A stretch of DNA of 58,233 nucleotides from a virus (lineage: Duplodnaviria; Caudoviricetes), in the IMG/VR virus record IMGVR_UViG_3300021379_002051, positions 1-58,233 of that record. The stretch is one strand, 5' to 3'. The position numbers were made by a program, and so were the translations under genes. Shown here one piece after another: positions 50,135 through 57,836 of the stretch. A model generated the notes under the pieces. The model was given only the letters and a program-made list of their open reading frames with translations, did no database searches and was not told the DNA's origin. The number at the start of each line of letters is the position of its first letter. Position 1 is the first letter of the stretch.

Positions 50135-51034
50135 ATGTTTGAGATAAACGATATTTATGATTTGTTGCTACTACTAGTAGATAACACAAAATATTTTTTA
50201 TTTGAGCCAACTATGTCTACTACTACAGGACTGGCTAGAATCATGATAGCCATTGCAAATATAATATTACTTATGGAATATCGTGATAGAACAGATAGGT
50301 ATCTTAGTACAGCTAGTGTTGCTACATTTCCTAAAGTACATATAAAATATGTAGATTTGCTTGTGTGGGATAGATGGAATAACTGTAATGCTAATAGTTT
50401 TATTATATTTGGTATTTTATGTAGTATAAGTTTCATGGTTGGTTTTTGCTCTAATATATGCGCCCTGTTATTGTATATAGTATCTTTGTCTACGTATAGT
50501 AGAAACTATCTGATAGAAAACGCAGGTCACTGTCAAATGAGAGCAATGCTGCTGCTCATGATATTTAGTAGATGTGGAGATGCTTTATCACTGGACACAA
50601 TAATACAAAATAAAAATTTTATAGGATCTATGGGAGAACCTTGGTGTGATAGATTTATGCAAGTTTTTATAGCGCTAATGTACTATAAAACTATTACATA
50701 TAAAATGATTAGTGGACCATCCTGGTGGAAAGGAGAAGTATTAAGCTATGCTCTTAACTCATTAGAGTTCGGTAAATATTCTCAACATTTTACATTTCCC
50801 AGATGGTTATGTATTATGGGATCATACTATACAATAGCTACACAAAACGCCCTAGTGTATCTAATATGGTTTAAAGAATTTAGGTATTATGTGTTGATCA
50901 ACTCTATGCTACATCATGCTATGATGCTTATGCTTATGAAACTAGGAGCTTTTCCTATTGTTGCTATTAGTTGCTTGAGTGTTTTTGTTCCTTCAGATGA
51001 TCTGGCTAAATTTTTATCTAGATTTATACAATGA
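50135..51034 (+). CDS. HTTM-domain membrane protein (SdpB/vitamin-K-dependent carboxylase-like)
   Basis: Multi-TM; GLARI, SRNYLIENAG, GDALSLD, YK..GPSWWKGE, LIWFKEFR. Confidence 0.75.
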   Translation: MFEINDIYDLLLLLVDNTKYFLFEPTMSTTTGLARIMIAIANIILLMEYRDRTDRYLSTASVATFPKVHIKYVDLLVWDRWNNCNANSFIIFGILCSISFMVGFCSNICALLLYIVSLSTYSRNYLIENAGHCQMRAMLLLMIFSRCGDALSLDTIIQNKNFIGSMGEPWCDRFMQVFIALMYYKTITYKMISGPSWWKGEVLSYALNSLEFGKYSQHFTFPRWLCIMGSYYTIATQNALVYLIWFKEFRYYVLINSMLHHAMMLMLMKLGAFPIVAISCLSVFVPSDDLAKFLSRFIQ

Positions 51035-51300
51035 TAGTGATACTAGACGGATATTGTAAATTTTGCAGAAGGGTGGGCGAATATATGGGGAAATTTACGA
51101 AAATTGGTGATCTAACCGTATTGTATAGTGATATGGAAGATGCTAGGGGCTTAATGTATAAGTATGGTATGGGGGATAGTATTGATAATATAGTGGGAAT
51201 AGTGGGAAACTATAAGGTTGTAGAGGGTGTTTATTGTTGGATTGTAGAATTAATTAAAAGGAGATTGTGGGATGGGAAGAAGAATAGGAAGCAAGGATAA
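51031..51300 (+). CDS. DCC1-like thiol-disulfide oxidoreductase
   Basis: N-terminal VILDGYCKFC (DGxCxxC). Confidence 0.7.
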   Translation: MIVILDGYCKFCRRVGEYMGKFTKIGDLTVLYSDMEDARGLMYKYGMGDSIDNIVGIVGNYKVVEGVYCWIVELIKRRLWDGKKNRKQG

Positions 51301-52354
51301 GAAATCAAGGAAAAAGAAGGTGTTTGTTGATTCTGCACAGGAAAGACAAATTGTGTGTGACTATAATAATGGTATGAGTTCTGCAGACATAAGAAGTAAG
51401 TATGGGATTAGTAATAGTCAGTTGAGCAGAATAAGGGGGGATAGAGGGGTAAAGGTCAAACTAAGAAGAGATATTGTTGATAGTTGGGAGGTAGTAGGGG
51501 ATTTTAAAGACTATAAGGAAACTAGTGGTATATATGCTATATATTTTATCTGGAATTATGATAAAGAAGATCCTGATAAAAACCATAAAATCAATAATAT
51601 AAAAGCTTATATAGGTAGTAGTGTCAATATAGGACAAAGATTAATGGCTCATGATAATGAGTTAAAAAATAATAAGCATTTTAATAAAAATCTGCAGGAT
51701 AGATATAATGATTGTGAATTTTCTGTAAGGTATGCCATAATAGAAGAATGTGGTGAAGATGAGATTATGCAGAAGGAAGGGGGCTATCTTGATAGGTGGA
51801 ATATGGGGTGTCTTTTTAATACGTGGAAGGTTATTAAAAAAGAAGATATAGAGCCGTGGCTAGAAAAAGCTATAACCATGGATGCTTATGATAAAAACTA
51901 TACTATTAGCAAAACGAACTTCTATAATGGAACTGCTTGTAAAGAAACGAATAATGTGCATAAAAGCGGATATGGAAGAATGCAAACAACTATTGAAGGA
52001 GTTACGAAATATCTAGCAAAACATAGAGTAGCATACTGGCATAAGCATGGAGAATATGTTGAGTTGGTGAGACATATGTGTGATAATCCGAAATGTTTTA
52101 ATCCTGAGCATTTAGCAGCAGGGAATCATAGACAGAATAATTTGGATAGGCGAGGCGATTTTCCTGAAGAATTTGAAAGGAAATGGCTGGAGTGTAAAGG
52201 AGATGTGATAAAATTAACAGAAGAATTTGGATGGAAGGCTAACGCTAAACTAAAAGACGGAGGTGTAAGCTGTAGTGTTTATGAATGGGAGAAGAAGCTA
52301 GACTTAAGGAATAAGTATCCTGAAATCGTTAAGAACAGGGGCCTATTAAGATAG
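51272..52354 (+). CDS. GIY-YIG plus HNH homing-type endonuclease
   Basis: SGIYAI..AYIGSSVNIGQRL and KHRVAY..VRHMCDNPKCFNPEHL..GNHRQN. Confidence 0.8.
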   Translation: MGRRIGSKDKKSRKKKVFVDSAQERQIVCDYNNGMSSADIRSKYGISNSQLSRIRGDRGVKVKLRRDIVDSWEVVGDFKDYKETSGIYAIYFIWNYDKEDPDKNHKINNIKAYIGSSVNIGQRLMAHDNELKNNKHFNKNLQDRYNDCEFSVRYAIIEECGEDEIMQKEGGYLDRWNMGCLFNTWKVIKKEDIEPWLEKAITMDAYDKNYTISKTNFYNGTACKETNNVHKSGYGRMQTTIEGVTKYLAKHRVAYWHKHGEYVELVRHMCDNPKCFNPEHLAAGNHRQNNLDRRGDFPEEFERKWLECKGDVIKLTEEFGWKANAKLKDGGVSCSVYEWEKKLDLRNKYPEIVKNRGLLR

Positions 52355-52571
52355 TTTAGGTAATACTTTTTTATTTATATGTCCCTACTGTAATTGCACC
52401 CCGGTGCGTTTTTTATATGGTGGGGATACATCATAATATAATGAAAAAACCCCCCTATATGTAGATATATATGTAAAGTATTGATACGTATAGACTTATG
52501 TGATATACTGCCGGCCGACCCCCTCTGTGGTGGGGTGAACATTATTATACCATGCTAATGAGGGGGATGAT

Positions 52572-52619
52572 AGCAAACTGTGTGCCGAAACACAAAAAAC
52601 TTTTGGCACGATATTTGCA
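52572..52619. promoter_or_regulatory. back-to-back sigma-54 -24/-12 sites
   Basis: Minus TCGGCACACAGTTTGCT (52572-52588); plus TTGGCACGATATTTGCA (52603-52619). Confidence 0.7.
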
Positions 52620-52654
52620 GTAGAAAAAAAATAAAAAAATTTTTCAGAAAGTAC

Positions 52655-52683
52655 TTGACACCTGACGATACTAGGTATATACT
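52655..52683 (+). promoter_or_regulatory. sigma-70 promoter
   Basis: TTGACA-N17-TATACT. Confidence 0.8.
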
Positions 52684-52722
52684 TGAAGCATAACAAGCAA
52701 CCAAGAAAGAAAAGGAAAAGAC

Positions 52723-52917
52723 ATGAAAAAGTTTCTCTCATACTTCGAAGCAAACGGAATTCGCTACACTATCCTCAACAAGATGAGAATCTTTCTCTCA
52801 CAGAATAATCGAGTAGTTGCTGTTCAGCCTCAAGATGCTGTGCTGCAAAAGCCTTCACAAGATCCTCTGCTTGTTCGCTTTTGGCAGAATGAGTTGAATC
52901 GGGAATACGCCCGATAA
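52723..52917 (+). CDS. small early protein
   Basis: Promoter plus AAGGA RBS. Confidence 0.7.
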   Translation: MKKFLSYFEANGIRYTILNKMRIFLSQNNRVVAVQPQDAVLQKPSQDPLLVRFWQNELNREYAR

Positions 52918-52955
52918 AGTAACATATTTACACTACTACTAAAGAGGTACTCACT

Positions 52956-53147
52956 ATGGGTGGTTTCTATTCTAGCGACAAGCGTATCATGGGTTGGATC
53001 AGTGGTTGGATCGACAGGGGATCATCCCCCCATTATAGGGGTGTTCTTGCTGCTCAACTGCGACTGATTCGCAAGAAGCATGGTACCCTACTTGCGAGGG
53101 GGTATCGAGATCATATGCTCTGGATAGGTTCATACCCTACTAGGTAG
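52956..53147 (+). CDS. small early protein
   Basis: GAGGT RBS; 63 aa, basic. Confidence 0.65.
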   Translation: MGGFYSSDKRIMGWISGWIDRGSSPHYRGVLAAQLRLIRKKHGTLLARGYRDHMLWIGSYPTR

Positions 53148-53304
53148 GTTTACCCCCCAAAAGAATTACTAGCCGAACGTAAGTGCTTGGTAGATAAGGA
53201 CTTACGAGCGATTCGGCCGGCCGACCCCCACTGCAGGGGGGTATCACCTAAAGTATCTAGCTAGGGAAGCATACCACACCAAAGAGGGGTATCGCTATTC
53301 TGCT

Positions 53305-53321
53305 AGCAAACGCTGTGCCAA
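53305..53321 (-). promoter_or_regulatory. sigma-54 site
   Basis: TTGGCACAGCGTTTGCT. Confidence 0.75.
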
Positions 53322-53384
53322 ACGAGCAAAAAATGCCGGAAAGTTTTGTCAAATTTTCTTGACATAAAAATTCCAAAATTATTG

Positions 53385-53413
53385 TTGACAACTAAAGATT
53401 GCTTTGGTATAAT
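53385..53413 (+). promoter_or_regulatory. sigma-70 promoter
   Basis: Perfect TTGACA-N17-TATAAT. Confidence 0.88.
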
Positions 53414-53453
53414 GTCGATATAAGGAATAAGGAAGAAAGAAAAGGAGAAAAAA

Positions 53454-53600
53454 ATGGAAATGCAAATCCTCTACATTTCAGATTGCTGCGGTTCATATCT
53501 TGACGATACTCAGATTGAGTATGGTATCTGCAACGATTGCGGTGAGCATTGTGAAGTGCTAACCGAAGAATATCCTGCCACCCCCGTTTGTGGGGGTTGA
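53454..53600 (+). CDS. 48-aa Cys-rich (Zn-ribbon-like) protein
   Basis: Hand-translated MEMQILYISDCCGSYLDDTQIEYGICNDCGEHCEVLTEEYPATPVCGG; AAGGAG RBS. Confidence 0.75.
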   Translation: MEMQILYISDCCGSYLDDTQIEYGICNDCGEHCEVLTEEYPATPVCGG

Positions 53601-53652
53601 CAAACAAAAAACTTTTGGTAGACTGTTGGAAAGTAAGAAAGAGAGAAAGAAA

Positions 53653-53856
53653 ATGAAAACGATTGAAATTTCACCACGTTACGTTGACTATCAAAACTAC
53701 TTCCACGAGATGAGTGACGAGTTGCTCGCAGTGTGGATTGAAGTTGCAGAGCGTAGGCTTCCTACCTATCGTCGGAAGTCTGACTTGGTGTCCGTTGCTT
53801 TGGGTATCCGTGCTGCTAAAAGTGTTCAGCGTTTACGAGAAAGGAATTGGGAATGA
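53653..53856 (+). CDS. small early protein
   Basis: Start MKTIEI after TTGACA-N16-TAGACT (53597-53624). Confidence 0.7.
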   Translation: MKTIEISPRYVDYQNYFHEMSDELLAVWIEVAERRLPTYRRKSDLVSVALGIRAAKSVQRLRERNWE

Positions 53857-53938
53857 TCGTCTTGACCGTTGCTGTTTCGTTTGCTATACTGTTCTGCGGG
53901 TTCGCCGCCCTCTATCTCACCCTATAAGGAAAACCACA

Positions 53939-54262
53939 ATGAGTACCGAAAGCCTAATGGCACAGTTCCCAATTACTCGCAAGGCTTGGAATCAAGTTTC
54001 TGGAATCTGGAAAGGCATCGCCATCCCATGCGAAAAGAGTACCCCTAATGGTGGGGTTGTGCAGAGTGAAAAGGTTCTCAAGTTTACACGCTCGGCCTTG
54101 CGTGAATTGAGAATCACCAAGAAAGTTGATCCCCGTCTTATTGGGGGTGAGGATAGAATGATTGAAAAGGTAGGAAAGCCTGGCTCCCCCGAAAGGGTGG
54201 CTGCATTGGCTGCTCAATATGCTAGGTTGAGTGAAAGTGAATCATCCCCCTTTGGAGAGTGA
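53939..54262 (+). CDS. early hypothetical protein (107 aa)
   Basis: Start MSTESL with AAGGA RBS; TTGACC-N17-TATACT upstream. Confidence 0.7.
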   Translation: MSTESLMAQFPITRKAWNQVSGIWKGIAIPCEKSTPNGGVVQSEKVLKFTRSALRELRITKKVDPRLIGGEDRMIEKVGKPGSPERVAALAAQYARLSESESSPFGE

Positions 54263-54266
54263 AAGC

Positions 54267-54428
54267 ATGAACAGTACCAAACTGACCTATGTACAAGTGA
54301 ACAGCACCGGCGAGAAGCAGTGGGTAAAGGATACGTATGTTCAGGCCTACCCTAAGTTATATACGCCTGTGCAGTTCAAGGGTATCAAAATCCAGGCCGA
54401 GGTGAAGGATATCTATTCCCCTCGATAG
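54267..54428 (+). CDS. small early protein
   Basis: Start MNSTKL with GGAG upstream. Confidence 0.6.
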   Translation: MNSTKLTYVQVNSTGEKQWVKDTYVQAYPKLYTPVQFKGIKIQAEVKDIYSPR

Positions 54429-54590
54429 AGGGGGCCGGCCGGCCAAAATACTTGTAAGTTGTTGATATATAAGCACTTAGGTATACAACGTGCCGCCGAG
54501 CCCCGCCGATGGGGGGTATGGCTACTAGGATGGGTGGTATACATAGGTGTACCACCTAAGCCTACAGGCTAAGTGAACATAGGTACAGCC

Positions 54591-54607
54591 AGCAAACCCC
54601 GTGCCAA
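54591..54607 (-). promoter_or_regulatory. sigma-54 site
   Basis: TTGGCACGGGGTTTGCT. Confidence 0.75.
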
Positions 54608-54680
54608 ACGTACACAAAATTCCAGAAAGTTGTGTCAAAATTTCTTGACATAAAAAATCGAAAAAAACTTCAGAAGTCTA

Positions 54681-54709
54681 TTGACAAATGACGATAAGTA
54701 TGGTATACT
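54681..54709 (+). promoter_or_regulatory. sigma-70 promoter
   Basis: TTGACA-N17-TATACT. Confidence 0.8.
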
Positions 54710-54751
54710 TAACACATAAGAAAGAAAGTTGGAAAGAAAGAGAGTCTGAAA

Positions 54752-54955
54752 ATGGAAGATTATTCGAAACCGTTTGACATCATCGCCAATCTGCCCCGTA
54801 TTCGGAAACGGAAGATTTGGCAAGTTATCATCGACGATACTGTTGTTCAGTTGGTTGGTGCTACCGACAATCGCAAGGCTACTGCCGAGCGATATATCGC
54901 TGGTAAGTATCCAGACGTTCAGTTCACACTGAAATTTTTGGAATATCGCATCTAG
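54752..54955 (+). CDS. small early protein
   Basis: 67 aa downstream of promoter. Confidence 0.7.
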   Translation: MEDYSKPFDIIANLPRIRKRKIWQVIIDDTVVQLVGATDNRKATAERYIAGKYPDVQFTLKFLEYRI

Positions 54956-55026
54956 TCCCCCAGTGTGGGGGTTGACAAACGCAAAATCTTTGGTATAATG
55001 TTCGCAACAGAAAAAAAGGAGAAAAG

Positions 55027-55203
55027 ATGTTCAAAGCAATTGCAAAAGGATTCGACGGTTCGACTCACTACACTTCAGAGTTTCGCAACTACGCTGACGT
55101 TCTCAACTACGTTTTTGCGACTTTCATCGGTTGGGACGTTATTCGAGATATAGAAATTATCGACGCTCAGACTGGTGAGTTGGTTGACGTTGTAGAAAAT
55201 TGA
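55027..55203 (+). CDS. small early protein (58 aa)
   Basis: Hand-translated MFKAIAKGFDGSTHYTSEF...IIDAQTGELVDVVEN; AAGGAG RBS; TTGACA-N16-TATAAT at 54972-54999. Confidence 0.75.
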   Translation: MFKAIAKGFDGSTHYTSEFRNYADVLNYVFATFIGWDVIRDIEIIDAQTGELVDVVEN

Positions 55204-55278
55204 ACTGACCCCCACTAGGGGGGTTGACACGGCAGGAAAAATTTGGTAGAATTGGAAAATCAGAAAGAGAGAAAGAAG

Positions 55279-55470
55279 ATGAGAAAGCCTAGTTTCAAAA
55301 CCGTCGATAGCAAACTGTCCCACTACTGCCGCCGTTTCGGTATGCAGCTGTGGAACCACGGTGATGGCACATATTCATTGTACGATACAAAAATGCAGTA
55401 TCTGGTACTGAATCGTGTTGACCGTCGCCGTGTGGCAATTGAAGTGTACGCATGTTTCAACAACTGCTGA
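55279..55470 (+). CDS. small early protein
   Basis: Start MRKPSF after TTGACA-N17-TAGAAT (55224-55252). Confidence 0.7.
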   Translation: MRKPSFKTVDSKLSHYCRRFGMQLWNHGDGTYSLYDTKMQYLVLNRVDRRRVAIEVYACFNNC

Positions 55471-55653
55471 TCAGTTGTTCACCTATTGCTAGCCAAACGT
55501 AAGTGCTTGGTAGATAAGGACTTACGAGCGATTCGGCCGGCCCGCCCCCACCTTTGGGGGGTACAGTGCCTAGAAGGGGTGGCGTACATAGGTGTACCAG
55601 CTAAGCCTACAGGCTAGGTCAACATAGGCATAGCCAGCCAATTTGGGGGTATG

Positions 55654-55670
55654 AGCAAACTTCATGCCAA
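55654..55670 (-). promoter_or_regulatory. sigma-54 site
   Basis: TTGGCATGAAGTTTGCT. Confidence 0.75.
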
Positions 55671-55802
55671 ACGAGCAGAAAATCTCCAAAAGTTGTGTCA
55701 AAATTTCTTGACATAAAAATGCAGAAAAATCTCTTGACAATTCAAGTTTCACCTGGTAAAATGTCGATATAAGAAGTAAGGAAAGAACGAAAGGAAAAGA
55801 AA

Positions 55803-56030
55803 ATGATGTTCGCAAGCAGGACTGAAATCCAAGACCATATCCAAGACCGTTCAGCCGGCTGGTATGATCAACTGGTGAACGACGGTTCAGTAAGCCCCGA
55901 GCTACTAGCCGATGCTATCGATAATGATGGCGAACTTGAAATCGGCTACGATTTTGGTACGCTCACTATCGACAGTGAAGGGTACATCACCGCTTGGGAT
56001 GCTCTCAACACTGACTGGTATGAGGACTAA
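55803..56030 (+). CDS. small acidic early protein
   Basis: 75 aa; TTGACA-N17-TAAAAT at 55734-55762. Confidence 0.7.
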   Translation: MMFASRTEIQDHIQDRSAGWYDQLVNDGSVSPELLADAIDNDGELEIGYDFGTLTIDSEGYITAWDALNTDWYED

Positions 56031-56119
56031 AAAAATCCAAAAAAATACTTGACAAGCTCAAGTTCATCTGATAAAATGTCGATATAGAAAGTAAGGAAGA
56101 AAGAAAGAGAGAGTGAAAG

Positions 56120-56296
56120 ATGAGTAAGTATCAAATGTTCAGTACCTATCGTCGCCATGATGGCGGTTACTTTGAATGCTACAAGAACGATGAGTATCTT
56201 GGTAACGTGTACGCTAGTACAGAGAAGGCTGCAAGGTATAAAGCCTTCAAGTTGTTTGGTGTTTGGTGCAATGTTTATTGGCAAGATGGAGAATGA
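56120..56296 (+). CDS. small early protein (58 aa)
   Basis: Hand-translated MSKYQMFSTYRRHDGGYFECYKNDEYLGNVYA...; TTGACA-N17-TAAAAT at 56049-56077. Confidence 0.7.
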   Translation: MSKYQMFSTYRRHDGGYFECYKNDEYLGNVYASTEKAARYKAFKLFGVWCNVYWQDGE

Positions 56297-56541
56297 ACAT
56301 GAAAAAGCCTGAGTTTAAAACTAAATTCAAAAGTGTTCGTGATGAAATCATGGCTCTTGAGTGTGAGCAAGAATCAGAATCTGGTGGGTTAGAGTTTCAA
56401 GAAGCAGTCCGTTGGCGACTTGCTCAACTTGAAAATGATTATTGGGAAGATGATGAACCAGAAGAAGAGTTTGTTGTTAGGAAAAAGAAAAAGTCGAAAT
56501 GTTATAGTAGGTTCAACGGTGGTTGGATGTTTGTGGATTGA
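56293..56541 (+). CDS. small early protein
   Basis: ATGA overlap with the previous ORF. Confidence 0.65.
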   Translation: MNMKKPEFKTKFKSVRDEIMALECEQESESGGLEFQEAVRWRLAQLENDYWEDDEPEEEFVVRKKKKSKCYSRFNGGWMFVD

Positions 56542-56550
56542 GGAGAAAAG

Positions 56551-56733
56551 ATGAAAACTAAACTTTACCATTCGGAAACTGTACCGCCTTCACACAAGGA
56601 ATGCCCAACGGGTTACTGTAGAACAGAAAACGGGTTTTGGACTTATTCAAGAAGAGCGGCTCGTGATTATCGCTTCTTTCGTCTGAATGGTGGTTGGATG
56701 TTTGTGGATATGAGGAAGCAAGATGAAAAGTAA
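56551..56733 (+). CDS. small early protein
   Basis: GAGGAG RBS. Confidence 0.65.
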   Translation: MKTKLYHSETVPPSHKECPTGYCRTENGFWTYSRRAARDYRFFRLNGGWMFVDMRKQDEK

Positions 56734-56891
56734 ACTTGACAATGACGGCCTGGCCGTTATACTGTTTCTTATGGTGTGTGTTGTGGTAATATTTATGGAA
56801 AGATTAGGGTAAGGGATAGTCCCCTCTTTGGTGGGGGCCGGCCGGCCGAGTCGGCCATAAGTCCTTACGCCCCAATGACTTACGATCACAG

Positions 56892-56908
56892 AGCAAATTC
56901 TGTGCCAA
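56892..56908 (-). promoter_or_regulatory. sigma-54 site
   Basis: TTGGCACAGAATTTGCT. Confidence 0.75.
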
Positions 56909-56995
56909 AAAAGAAAATAATTTTTCCAGATTTTTTCTCTTGACATTCAAGTTTGCTGTGGTAGAATTCCGATATAGAAAGTAAGGAGAACAAAA

Positions 56996-57301
56996 ATGAA
57001 GGCACACAACCCACGAATCGTTTGCAAAGATGGTTTCAGTATCAGTGTTCAGGCCCGTGAGACTGCATACTGCACGCCACGAAGCGACCACGGCCCATAC
57101 TCGCATGTAGAGTGTGGATACCCTAGCGAGGTTCCAAAGAGTTGGACATTTCGGGAATTCTCGGAAGCCGCCCAATTTGGCAAGGGTTATCCAAAGGATG
57201 AAGAATACACGGACACGGTATATCCGTATGTTCCGGTTGATCTTGTTCGGCATGAGTTGGATTTGCATGGTGGAATTGTTGAAGGAAGGTTGCCAGAATA
57301 G
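56996..57301 (+). CDS. phage hypothetical protein
   Basis: RIVCKDGFSISVQA..YCTPR..VECGYPS..VYPYVP; AAGGAG RBS; TTGACA-N16-TAGAAT at 56940-56967. Confidence 0.75.
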   Translation: MKAHNPRIVCKDGFSISVQARETAYCTPRSDHGPYSHVECGYPSEVPKSWTFREFSEAAQFGKGYPKDEEYTDTVYPYVPVDLVRHELDLHGGIVEGRLPE

Positions 57302-57312
57302 GAGAGATTGAA

Positions 57313-57477
57313 ATGGCTTGTATCCAGATGATTGTTGAGTTGACAATTCGTGACCCCAATTATCCAGAGGGGGATGAGCGTAATACTCGGGTAATAAGGA
57401 ACGGAACTTGTTTCTCTGCCACGCCAGAGTGGCAATGGTTGATTGATGCTGGGTTTGCAGTTTGGTACTATGTTTAG
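57313..57477 (+). CDS. small early protein (54 aa)
   Basis: Hand-translated MACIQMIVELTIRDPNYPEGDERNTRV...; AGGAG RBS. Confidence 0.6.
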   Translation: MACIQMIVELTIRDPNYPEGDERNTRVIRNGTCFSATPEWQWLIDAGFAVWYYV

Positions 57478-57487
57478 GGAGAATGAA

Positions 57488-57622
57488 ATGACTGAGTATG
57501 ATGAGGGATATGAGGATGGATACCATGATGCTTGGGATGAACTTGAGGCATGGTATGGTATAGATGATATGGGTTGGGATTGGTATGTGGTGGGTGAGGA
57601 TGAGTATGAGACCGTGGATTGA
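57488..57622 (+). CDS. 44-aa acidic/aromatic peptide
   Basis: MTEYDEGYEDGYHDAWDELEAWYGIDDMGWDWYVVGEDEYETVD; GGGAG RBS. Confidence 0.6.
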   Translation: MTEYDEGYEDGYHDAWDELEAWYGIDDMGWDWYVVGEDEYETVD

Positions 57623-57836
57623 TGAGGGGCCTTGGCTTGATGAGTATGGTTGGATACTGGCCGTATGCTATCATGTAACATTTACTATTATGTTTACTAG
57701 ACTAATGTTCAGTGATAAACGTAAGTAATTGAAAATAAAGGACTTACGAGCGGCGAGGCCGGCCGGGCCCCTCGGCTGGGGGGTTGACCCACTTGTATTA
57801 CCTAAGCCTGCCGGCTAAGGCTTAGATGGTATAGCC

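Noticed and set aside
56804-57681. Long minus-strand ORFs in the early region (240 aa, 164 aa) as sigma-54-driven genes
   Set aside because: They overlap plus-strand ORFs with good RBSs and promoters, and have shadow-like composition.
52472-57748. CRISPR array interpretation of the 29-bp palindromes
   Set aside because: Copies are 0.7-1.4 kb apart with genes between them, one is inverted, and no cas genes are present.
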